This document shows positions 36,847-45,760 of a stretch of 64,000 nucleotides of DNA, piece after piece (positions within the stretch are counted from its first letter, which is position 1; each line of letters begins with the position of its first letter). A model generated the notes under the pieces. The model did not search any database. It was not told the DNA's origin and saw only the letters and a program-made list of their open reading frames with translations. The stretch comes from an uncultured Bacteroidota bacterium (GTDB lineage: Bacteria; Bacteroidota; Bacteroidia; Flavobacteriales; Flavobacteriaceae): the NCBI GenBank assembly GCA_902546095.1, contig CACCIQ010000004.1, forward strand, positions 4,268-68,267. The letters are read 5' to 3'. The position numbers were made by a program, and so were the translations under genes.

Positions 36847-39800
36847 ATGAAACAATTAGTAAAACTATTTTCCTTGTTTTTTATAATGACAGGTCTCATT
36901 GGTTTTGCGCAAAACACTGTCTCAGGAACTGTTTCTGACACTGAAGGATTGCCACTGCCAGGTGCTACTGTTGTTGTTCAAGGAACTTCGATTGGAGTAA
37001 CCTCAGATTTTGATGGAAATTACTCCATAGCAGCATCTCAAGGAGATGTACTAGTTTTTAGTTACGTTGGTTATGAAAGTCAATCAATTACGGTTGGTCT
37101 TTCATCGTCTATTAATGTATCACTAACAAGTAGTACTGCCCTTGAAGAAGTTGTTGTAACTGGAATCACATCGAGGGAAAGACAAAGGTTGACATCTAAT
37201 GCGGTAGTTGTAGGCTCTGAACTTATTGAAGGAGTTGCAGTTACTTCTCCAGATCAGGCTCTTATGGGCCGTGTTGCTGGATTAAGAATTGTTGGTCTTT
37301 CAGGAACACCTGGTGCTCCTCAACAAATTCGAATTCGTGGAGAAGGATCTTTATCTGGATCAAACTCACCACTATTCGTTATTGATGGTGTTCCAGTAAA
37401 TAATGGCTCAATAAGTCCATTGTTAACTGACATGGGTATATTATCAATGATAAATGCCGCTGATATTGAGTCTATTACGGTACTAAAAGACGCTGCATCT
37501 CTTGCAGCCTATGGTGCTCGAGGATCTAATGGTGTTGTCGTAATTAATACCAAAAAAGGTCAAGCAGGTGAAATTTCATTCAATGTTCAAAGTCAATATG
37601 GATGGCAGAATTATGCTGTCGACCAAAGAACAATGCTTAATGGAAATCAGAGACTAGAGCTTGGAGCTGAAACAATTATGAACTCTTACGGTTGGACTAG
37701 AGAAGCAGCAACTGGTTTTGTACTTAGAAACTTTGCTGGTGCAGCTGCATGGGATGCTGGTGGAAGAGTCGATGGTAATTGGGAGGAAATCATTGCGATT
37801 GAAGATGCTCCATACCAAAACTATAATATCTCTGCTACAGGTGGAAATGCTACTGAAAACTTTAGAATTGGACTTGGATACAGACAACAAACAGGTGTCT
37901 CAATCGGTACTGATTTTGAAAGTATTAATGGTTCTATTTTTTACAAGAAAAAGGCTGGAAAAGTTACAATTGAAACAAATAACAGAGTAACCAACGCCAG
38001 ACAAAATGGAATTCACGAAGGAACAGCTTACTTTGGTGCTCCTCAGATGGCTAGATTATTTATGAGTCCGTGGGAGCAACCATACAATCCAGATGGTTCA
38101 TGGAATATAAACTTGACTACAAGTGTGTATAATCCTGGTCAGCAAGCTGAATTAAATCTTCAAACTAACGATGGTACAAGAGCTCTATCAAACAGCTCAG
38201 TCACCTACGCTATAAATGATAATTTTAAGCTTCAAACAAAATTTGCTATTGATTATACTAACGGAGCATCTCATCAATTTATGAATCCTCACCACGGTGA
38301 TGTTACGGATGAAAATGGGTATGCTTATGAAGCAATTGATAGGACATTTCTATGGACTACAATTAATGAACTTCAGTATGACCAAATATTTGGTGAAAAT
38401 GAACATTATCTATCTGTTTTATTAAGACAATCATTTTCTAAAAATAAATCAAATTTTATCAGTGCATCGGGATACAATGTTGCTGCTGACGGTTTATACT
38501 ATGTTGCAAGTTTTAATACAAATGAGTCTGGTTACAGTTCATTTGGAGATTATAAAGAGTTAGGTTATCTAGCTTTAGCAAACTATTCTTATAAGAATAA
38601 ATATGTAGTTGATTTATCTTTCAGAAATGATGGATCTTCAAGATTTGCGAGTGGTTACAGATTTGGTAATTTCTATTCAGCTGGTATAGCTTGGAATATT
38701 TCTAATGAAAACTTTTTGGCAGATAGCGATATAGTTAATAATTTAAAAATTAGAGCCTCTTATGGTGAAACAGGAAATAATGGAATTGGTAACAACCAAT
38801 ACCAATCACTGTTCTCATATGGAGGAGCTTATGACGACAATGGTGCCGTTGCTCCATCAACATTTGGTAACTTAGTGATTTCTTGGGAAACAGCAAGATT
38901 ACTCGACGTTGGTGTTGACTTCTCACTATTTGGAGATAGATTTTCAGGTGCATTTACTTATTATGAAAAAACGACTGATGACTTACTTCAAAGCGTTCCA
39001 ATTTCAACTACATCTGGTCATTCGGGACAAACAGCTAATGTTGGTTCAATTATTAACAAGGGTGTGGAATTTGAATTTGATGCTCAAGTTGTAAAAGCAG
39101 GTGATTTTAGTTTTGAATTATACGGAAATGTTTCTGAAAACAATGATGAAGTTTTGAGGTTAGCTCAAGACGCCGCAGGTAATGATATCAATCTCGATAA
39201 CTCTTATTATACAACCAGAGTTGGTTATCCTCGAGCACAATTTTACTTGCGAACTTGGGGTGGTGTTGACCCTGCTGATGGTAGACCATACTATATAGTT
39301 GGTGGAGATTTCAGAGATGGGCCTGTTAGTGAGGAAGTTACTTATTCACTATTTAGTGCTGAGCAAACTGTTCAAGGTTTAAGACTACCACCTATCCAAG
39401 GAGGATTAGGCTTAAGATTGAAATGGAAGCAATTATCACTTGATGGTAACTTAATGTTCCAAACTGGTCATAAAGTGTTCGAAAGATGGGCATGGTATAC
39501 AATGGCATCAGGTCTAAGATCTGTAAGAACATTTGCTGGAGATTCAAGATTAATGGATAGATGGCAAAAACCAGGTGATATAACTGATGTTCCAAAAATG
39601 GTTTATACATCAGGCTCAACTTTAGCTGGATCAGGTACATCAAGCAGATTCTTGTATGATGGTGATTTTATGAGAGTAAGAGATATTACTCTAAATTATA
39701 CATTACCTAGAAAAGCTGTAGAAGCTATAGGATTTAACAGTGTCAATTTCTTTGTCAAAGGATTAAATTTATTTACTTGGACAAAAGATGATTTGCCATT

Positions 39801-39888
39801 TGATCCTGAAATTAGAGCTACTGGACGATTCAGAATAACAACACCTCCAAATAAATCGATATCTGTTGGTGCTAACTTAAACTTTTAA
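36847..39888 (+). CDS. susC: SusC/RagA-family TonB-linked outer-membrane transporter
   Basis: 1013 aa. Signal peptide, CarboxypepD_reg-like N-domain (VSGTVSDTEGLPLPGATVVVQGTSIGVTSDFDGNYSI), TonB-box-like EEVVVTG, plug (GRVAGLRI...PLFVIDGVP) and a terminal aromatic (NLNF). Confidence 0.9.
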   Translation: MKQLVKLFSLFFIMTGLIGFAQNTVSGTVSDTEGLPLPGATVVVQGTSIGVTSDFDGNYSIAASQGDVLVFSYVGYESQSITVGLSSSINVSLTSSTALEEVVVTGITSRERQRLTSNAVVVGSELIEGVAVTSPDQALMGRVAGLRIVGLSGTPGAPQQIRIRGEGSLSGSNSPLFVIDGVPVNNGSISPLLTDMGILSMINAADIESITVLKDAASLAAYGARGSNGVVVINTKKGQAGEISFNVQSQYGWQNYAVDQRTMLNGNQRLELGAETIMNSYGWTREAATGFVLRNFAGAAAWDAGGRVDGNWEEIIAIEDAPYQNYNISATGGNATENFRIGLGYRQQTGVSIGTDFESINGSIFYKKKAGKVTIETNNRVTNARQNGIHEGTAYFGAPQMARLFMSPWEQPYNPDGSWNINLTTSVYNPGQQAELNLQTNDGTRALSNSSVTYAINDNFKLQTKFAIDYTNGASHQFMNPHHGDVTDENGYAYEAIDRTFLWTTINELQYDQIFGENEHYLSVLLRQSFSKNKSNFISASGYNVAADGLYYVASFNTNESGYSSFGDYKELGYLALANYSYKNKYVVDLSFRNDGSSRFASGYRFGNFYSAGIAWNISNENFLADSDIVNNLKIRASYGETGNNGIGNNQYQSLFSYGGAYDDNGAVAPSTFGNLVISWETARLLDVGVDFSLFGDRFSGAFTYYEKTTDDLLQSVPISTTSGHSGQTANVGSIINKGVEFEFDAQVVKAGDFSFELYGNVSENNDEVLRLAQDAAGNDINLDNSYYTTRVGYPRAQFYLRTWGGVDPADGRPYYIVGGDFRDGPVSEEVTYSLFSAEQTVQGLRLPPIQGGLGLRLKWKQLSLDGNLMFQTGHKVFERWAWYTMASGLRSVRTFAGDSRLMDRWQKPGDITDVPKMVYTSGSTLAGSGTSSRFLYDGDFMRVRDITLNYTLPRKAVEAIGFNSVNFFVKGLNLFTWTKDDLPFDPEIRATGRFRITTPPNKSISVGANLNF

Positions 39889-39891
39889 ACT

Positions 39892-41340
39892 ATGAAAAAA
39901 TATATTAAACTTTCATTCTTTTTCTCATTGCTAATGCTCTTTGTAGCATGCGGTGATGATGATTTAGAACCAACTTTGGCTCTTGATAAAGATCTAAATA
40001 CGGGTATTAATAGTGCAAGTGATCTCGTTTCTGTCATGAACTCAGCTTACGATAGAATGACTGCAGGTGATCAAAATGGATATTATGGGCAAGGTTACAT
40101 AATGATGGGTGAAGTAAGAACTGATAATGCATATTCAACTGCAAATTCAGGAAGATATACTTCAGCAAGTATGGATCATGCCTCAACTGGATATGGTCCT
40201 TGGTCAACAATCTACAGAGTTATTGCTATATGTAATATCGTTATAGGTGCTGATATTTCAACCCTTTCCGGTGATCAAGCTCTTATGACACACACGCAGG
40301 GACAAGCCCACGCAGTTCGAGCATTAGCTCATTTTGACCTCTTAAGAAATTATGGTCAGCATTTCGTTTCTGGACAGGGTGGTGGTAATGCATTGGGTGT
40401 ACCATATGTTAAGACATATAAAGACCCAGCATATCTAGCTCCAGCAAGAGACACTGCAATTAGTAACATAAATGATATTGTTGCAGATTTACAAGCTGGT
40501 ATCAGTTTGATGAATGACGCGTACAATGTTAGTACAAGTTATATGACTAAAATGGGTGCTTATGCTGTTTTAGCCAGAGCTGCACTTTATGCAGGAGGTG
40601 TTGATAATAGCTTCTACAGTGCTGCAGGATCTGCTGCAGAGTGGGTTATTAACAATGGATCTGCTAGTCCAGTATCTGCTGCAGGTTTTAAAGCTAGTTA
40701 TTACACTGATAATGCTGTAAATTCTATTTTCGAAATGGCAATGTCTGGTACTGATAACCCAGGTAGTAATGGTATGGCTTTCATGTTAAGAGGAACAATC
40801 TACGGTGATGTTAGAATACTAACCGGAGATGGACCTGGTGAAGATTTATATGATTTGTTCGCTGCTGATGCTGCAACTGATGTTAGATTTACAGTAAATA
40901 ATATGATTGGTACTTCTCAAGGATTACCAACTGTATTGGGTAAATATCCCACTATGACTGGAGATGACAATGTAACAGTATTCAGAGTCGAGGAGATGCA
41001 TTTAATTGCTGCTGAGGCTGCTCTTAGAGCTGGTGATTCAGCAAAAGCGTTAAGTTACCTTAATAATATACCTAATCTAAGAAGAGCAACTCCATATACA
41101 GAAGCAACTCTTGATAACATTCTTAAAGAAAGAAGAAAAGAGCTTTATATGGAAGCACCAGGTAGATTTTATGACTTAGTTAGAACGGGTCAGGGTATGC
41201 CTACTATAGACCTGGTTAAGCAAATGAACGATGATTTAACGGGACAACCTCCTTCGTTTGGATCATACAGACTAGCTTATCCAATCTATCTTTCGGAACT
41301 GAATGCCAACCCTAATATGGTTCAAAACTCAGGTTACTAA
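39892..41340 (+). CDS. susD: SusD/RagB-family nutrient-binding outer-membrane lipoprotein
   Basis: 482 aa. Lipobox LFVACGDDD. Starts 3 nt after the susC stop. SusD-like helical pattern (RALAHFDLLRNYG, ERRKELYMEAPGRFYDLVR). Confidence 0.85.
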   Translation: MKKYIKLSFFFSLLMLFVACGDDDLEPTLALDKDLNTGINSASDLVSVMNSAYDRMTAGDQNGYYGQGYIMMGEVRTDNAYSTANSGRYTSASMDHASTGYGPWSTIYRVIAICNIVIGADISTLSGDQALMTHTQGQAHAVRALAHFDLLRNYGQHFVSGQGGGNALGVPYVKTYKDPAYLAPARDTAISNINDIVADLQAGISLMNDAYNVSTSYMTKMGAYAVLARAALYAGGVDNSFYSAAGSAAEWVINNGSASPVSAAGFKASYYTDNAVNSIFEMAMSGTDNPGSNGMAFMLRGTIYGDVRILTGDGPGEDLYDLFAADAATDVRFTVNNMIGTSQGLPTVLGKYPTMTGDDNVTVFRVEEMHLIAAEAALRAGDSAKALSYLNNIPNLRRATPYTEATLDNILKERRKELYMEAPGRFYDLVRTGQGMPTIDLVKQMNDDLTGQPPSFGSYRLAYPIYLSELNANPNMVQNSGY

Positions 41341-41360
41341 TACTAACTTTTATTTAATTA

Positions 41361-41389
41361 AAAAACCCGCTAACTTTGGCGGGTTTTTT
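41361..41389 (+). terminator. rho-independent terminator after susD
   Basis: Stem AACCCGC (41364-41370) / GCGGGTT (41379-41385), extendable with A/T pairs. 8-nt loop, then a T6 tail. Confidence 0.75.
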
Positions 41390-41403
41390 GTTATATATGG
41401 CTT

Positions 41404-43458
41404 ATGAACCGCACTATTTTTTTCATTTTAATTTCATATTCCATTTTTTCTCAAAAGGTTGATGTTAAGAACATTGAAATAATAAGAGATAATTATGGTG
41501 TTCCTCATATTTATTCTAATACTGACAAGGAATTAGCTTATGGTTTAGCTTGGGCACACAGTGAAGATGATTTTAAAACTATTCAAGAAGCTTATTTAGC
41601 AGGAAACGCATTATTAAGCAAACATATTGGACTAAGAGGTGCACCTATTGATTTTTTAACACAGCTAATACAATCTGAGGAGGTAATTGATAGTTTGTTC
41701 AAGACAATAGACAAAAAATTCATAGAAGTTGCAGAAGGTTACTCTCAAGGAATTAATCGTTATGCTGAATTAAACCCAGAAAAGGTACTAGTCAAAAAAT
41801 TGTTTCCCATCACACCTAAAAAAATGTTAAAGTATTCATTTCTTCAATTATTTATCTCAAGTGAAGGTGACCGAGCTGTAAGAGCAATTTTTGAAAATGA
41901 TTTTGAGAGTTTAAATTTTCAAAGAAGAAACGAACTAGGCTCAAACCTTTTTTCATTTAGTACAAAGAAAACAAATAATGGAGAAACTTATATGGCTGTC
42001 AATACACATCAGCCTTTGGACGGACCAACATCTTGGTATGAAGTACATTTAGAAAGTAAAGAAGGAACCAGTATTATTGGAGCTACATTTGCAGGTGCAC
42101 CATGTATTTTGACAGGTAGCAATAAAAATTTAGCATGGACCCATACTGTCAATAGACCCGATAAAACTGATATTTTTCAACTCGAGATGGTTAAAAACAG
42201 TAATAGAAAATACTATTTCGATAATAAAATACTAAAATTAAAAAAATATAGAGGGAAAGCTTTTATCAATATTTTAGGGATTCCAATTAGAGTTAGTAAA
42301 AAATACTATTCGAGTGTTTATGGACCCACCTTGAAAAATAAAACAGGATTTTTCTCTGTTAGAACTGGATCTTTATTTAAAGTAAGAGCATTAGAGCAAT
42401 GGTGGAGAATGAACAAGGCAAATAGCTTTGATGAATTTTATTCCATTTTAGAGATGAATGAAATTCCAGGATATAATATTGGCTATGCTGATAAAGATGA
42501 TAATATTTTTTACATATCAAATGGTTTGATTCCTATTAGAAATGATAAATTTAAGTGGACAGGAGTTCTACCGGGAAATACTAGTGAAACCCTATGGACC
42601 GATTATTATAAGACGCACGAACTTCCTCAAGTAATAAATCCTGAGTCTGGTTATATATATAATGCAAACCACTCCCCTTTTAAATCTACTTCAATTGATG
42701 AAAATCCCAATCCAAAGGATTTTGCTTCAAATATGGGTTATGAAACTTTTGATAATAATAGAAGTACAAGAATATTTGATTTAGTTGAATCTTATAAATC
42801 AATTGACTACGAAGATTTCAAGAAAATAAAGTATGATAATAAATTTCCTACACCTTTTAATTATAATTTCATGGATGTCAACAAAATAATGGAAATGAAA
42901 CCCGATGACTATCCTGAGATTGCAGACTTGATTAAACAAATACAAAATTGGGATAGATCCACAGATGCTGCGTCAACTGGAGCAGGAGCTTATGCCATGT
43001 TTTATTATACACTTGCTGATAAATATTTTTATAAAAGTTATTATGATAGAAACTTTAGTAAATCTTTAATTGCTGACTGTCTCGTTGAAGTAAAAAAACG
43101 AATGAAAAAATATTTTAATTCTACAATAATAAAATTAGGTGATTTTCAAAAACTTGTCAGAGGTGATAAAGAGATACCAATTTTTGGCATGCCTGATACA
43201 ATAACTGCAATGAATGCTTCGAAGTATAAAGATGGTAAAGTTCAGGTTACCCACGGCGAATCGTATATACAGCTTGTAAAATTTAGCTCTAAAGGCACAG
43301 AGATTGAATCAATTATCTCTTATGGAAGTAGTGATAATGAAGATTCACCACATTACGATGATCAAATGGAAAAATACTCTAAGTTTAAAACAAAAACAAT
43401 GAGCTTTGATAGGGATTGGGTATTGAATAATTCAAAAAGAATTTATAATCCCAGATAA
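41404..43458 (+). CDS. penicillin/AHL-acylase-family Ntn hydrolase (exported)
   Basis: 684 aa. Signal peptide, IIRDNYGVPHIYS start of the alpha chain and the putative autoprocessing/nucleophile site LGSNLFSF, followed by NTHQPL. Confidence 0.8.
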   Translation: MNRTIFFILISYSIFSQKVDVKNIEIIRDNYGVPHIYSNTDKELAYGLAWAHSEDDFKTIQEAYLAGNALLSKHIGLRGAPIDFLTQLIQSEEVIDSLFKTIDKKFIEVAEGYSQGINRYAELNPEKVLVKKLFPITPKKMLKYSFLQLFISSEGDRAVRAIFENDFESLNFQRRNELGSNLFSFSTKKTNNGETYMAVNTHQPLDGPTSWYEVHLESKEGTSIIGATFAGAPCILTGSNKNLAWTHTVNRPDKTDIFQLEMVKNSNRKYYFDNKILKLKKYRGKAFINILGIPIRVSKKYYSSVYGPTLKNKTGFFSVRTGSLFKVRALEQWWRMNKANSFDEFYSILEMNEIPGYNIGYADKDDNIFYISNGLIPIRNDKFKWTGVLPGNTSETLWTDYYKTHELPQVINPESGYIYNANHSPFKSTSIDENPNPKDFASNMGYETFDNNRSTRIFDLVESYKSIDYEDFKKIKYDNKFPTPFNYNFMDVNKIMEMKPDDYPEIADLIKQIQNWDRSTDAASTGAGAYAMFYYTLADKYFYKSYYDRNFSKSLIADCLVEVKKRMKKYFNSTIIKLGDFQKLVRGDKEIPIFGMPDTITAMNASKYKDGKVQVTHGESYIQLVKFSSKGTEIESIISYGSSDNEDSPHYDDQMEKYSKFKTKTMSFDRDWVLNNSKRIYNPR

Positions 43459-43460
43459 AA

Positions 43461-44567
43461 TTATTTTACCAATTTCTTGTATTCATACTCATACATCGGG
43501 ACTATATCATCAATATTATATTTTTTTGCTCTATTGTAAGAATTTTCTTTAAATTTTTCTAGAAGCTTATCATTAAATAGAAGCTTATCAAGAGCATCAA
43601 CGTATGCATCAATATCATTATAATCACACGTAAATCCTGTTTTGTTGTTGAGATTTAATTCCGGAAGACCTCCCCTATTTGATGATATGATAGCATTCCT
43701 AGAGGCCATTGCCTCCAATGCGGCCAATCCAAAACTTTCAACCTTTGATGGAAGAATAAAAATATCCGAATGACAAAGTTCTTTTTCAACTTCATTTGTA
43801 TTTCCAAGAAAATAAACATCAGGTATTTTTAATTCTTTGGTCATTTCTTTTGCGATTTCTAGCTCAGGTCCTTCTCCTATTAAATTAAAAATACATTTAT
43901 GTTTTTTTGAAATAAGATCAATAACTTTAATTAGAGTTCTGATATTTTTTGCTGGTCTAAAATTACTCACATGAGTAATAGTTTTATGAGCTGAAACCTT
44001 GTTACAAAGATTCAGCTGATTGTTAAATTTTTCTAAATCAACAAAATTAGGTATGACTTTGATTTTCTTATTTGTTTCAAAAAAATCATGTGTGTCAGTC
44101 TTGAGACTTTTTGAGACTGAAGTCACAATATTTGATTTATCAATTGAAAACTTGACAGCTTTTTTATAAAAAGGATGCTTTCCAACTAAAGTAATATCAG
44201 TTCCATGTAAAGTCGTAACTATAGGAAGATTAATTTTCTGCGTTTTAAGCATCTTTTGAGCCATATATGCAGCATATGCATGTGGGATTGCATAATGTAC
44301 GTGTACTAAATCAATTTTGTGCTTTGTAGAAACATCAACAATCTTTGTTGATAGTGCTAACTCATATGGTTGAAAATTAAAAAGAGGATAAAATGGAACA
44401 TTAACTTTATGAAAAAATATATTATCGTCATTTACCTCTAATCTAACAGGCTTTTGATATGCGATAAAGTGAACAGTATGACCATTTTTTGACAATTTAT
44501 GTCCAAGTTCTGTAGCTAGAATACCACTACCTCCGAAGGTGGGATAACATACAATTATTATTCTCAT
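43461..44567 (-). CDS. bshA: GT4 glycosyltransferase, N-acetyl-alpha-D-glucosaminyl L-malate synthase-like (bacillithiol synthesis)
   Basis: 368 aa. N-terminus MRIIIVCYPTFGGSGILATELGHKLSKNGHTVHFI is characteristic of BshA. C-terminal GT4 E-x7-E region (FGLAALEAMA). Confidence 0.7.
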   Translation of the reverse strand: MRIIIVCYPTFGGSGILATELGHKLSKNGHTVHFIAYQKPVRLEVNDDNIFFHKVNVPFYPLFNFQPYELALSTKIVDVSTKHKIDLVHVHYAIPHAYAAYMAQKMLKTQKINLPIVTTLHGTDITLVGKHPFYKKAVKFSIDKSNIVTSVSKSLKTDTHDFFETNKKIKVIPNFVDLEKFNNQLNLCNKVSAHKTITHVSNFRPAKNIRTLIKVIDLISKKHKCIFNLIGEGPELEIAKEMTKELKIPDVYFLGNTNEVEKELCHSDIFILPSKVESFGLAALEAMASRNAIISSNRGGLPELNLNNKTGFTCDYNDIDAYVDALDKLLFNDKLLEKFKENSYNRAKKYNIDDIVPMYEYEYKKLVK

Positions 44568-44570
44568 TAA

Positions 44571-45674
44571 TTATTCAAAAATTATTTTCTTTATTTCTGT
44601 TCTAATATTGTAATCAATTAGTTTTCTATTTTCCATGGTTGGATAAGTCCGATTTGAAAGAAAAACATATATAATTTGATTTTCAGGATCAGCCCAAGTG
44701 TATGTCCCTGTAAATCCGGAATGCCCAAAACTATCTTTAGATAAACATTTACAAGACAAATTTTCTTTATCATACAGTTCAGGTTTATCAAAACCTATGC
44801 CCCTTCTAACACCTTTATCACAAAAATGACATTTATTAAACTCATCAAAAATTTTTTCACCAAAAAATTTTTCATCCCCATAAAATCCTTTCTGAATATA
44901 GAGCTGCATCATCTTTGCAATATCAAGGGAATTTCCAAAAAGACCAGCATGGCCTCCTATTCCTCCTTGCATCGCTGCGCCCATATCATGCACATATCCT
45001 CTCAATTCACCTTGTCTAAAATAATCATCAATTTCAGAGGGAACTATTTTATTTTGATCAAATGTTTTGTGAGGATTAAAATTTAATGATAACATCCCAT
45101 TTTTAGAAAAAATGTAATCATTTATAAGTTTATCCAAGGTTTCACCATATTTTTCTTCAAGATATTTTTTTAACAAGTAGTATGGTATATCACTGTATTT
45201 ATATTCCTTTAATTCTAGTAAATCAGATTCAATAATTTTATCAAATATTATATCATTCCATAATTGCATAAAAAGGCCTTCTCTAACCTCGACTTCAAAG
45301 TCTTTAGTTTGTTTATTTGAATAATAATTATCAAGTTGTTCATTTGTTATACTATCCAAAGTTTCCTTGTAAAAAGGAATCCAAGGAGTTAATCTGGAGT
45401 AGTGAGATAACATCTCTCTTAATCTTATATTCTTTTTTTCAAATAAGTTAGTTTTAGGAAATAAAGAGCTCAAGGAAGTGTCAAAATTCAGTGATTTCAA
45501 TTCAATTTCTCTAATAATCAACGGAATTGATACAAGAATTTTTGTGATTGATGCTAAATCATAAATATCTTCATTCTTAACAGAAATTTTGTTATTATAA
45601 GTATGGTGACCATATGATTTATTAAAAATAACACTTCCATTTTTGGCAATTAAAAGTTGAACTCCTGGTGTCAT
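44571..45674 (-). CDS. beta-lactamase-fold serine hydrolase domain (probably the C-terminal part of the upstream GH3 gene)
   Basis: SxxK motif in DLASITKIL. No signal peptide. By hand translation its frame stays open 34 codons upstream of the annotated Met, to 45776 inside the A10 tract. Confidence 0.7.
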   Translation of the reverse strand: MTPGVQLLIAKNGSVIFNKSYGHHTYNNKISVKNEDIYDLASITKILVSIPLIIREIELKSLNFDTSLSSLFPKTNLFEKKNIRLREMLSHYSRLTPWIPFYKETLDSITNEQLDNYYSNKQTKDFEVEVREGLFMQLWNDIIFDKIIESDLLELKEYKYSDIPYYLLKKYLEEKYGETLDKLINDYIFSKNGMLSLNFNPHKTFDQNKIVPSEIDDYFRQGELRGYVHDMGAAMQGGIGGHAGLFGNSLDIAKMMQLYIQKGFYGDEKFFGEKIFDEFNKCHFCDKGVRRGIGFDKPELYDKENLSCKCLSKDSFGHSGFTGTYTWADPENQIIYVFLSNRTYPTMENRKLIDYNIRTEIKKIIFE

Positions 45675-45760
45675 CTTATTTTTTATTGCAAAATCAACAA
45701 TAGAATCAACTTTTTTAAGTTTTAAGGAACTAAAACCCTCATTTAAATGGTGCTTAAAGC

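Noticed and set aside
36847-41340. SusC/SusD island as a recent horizontal transfer from a higher-GC donor.
   Set aside because: Third codon positions that I read are still strongly A/T, like the host. No integrase, transposase, tRNA or flanking direct repeats are visible. The anomaly is kept as a finding, but recent HGT is not the preferred explanation.
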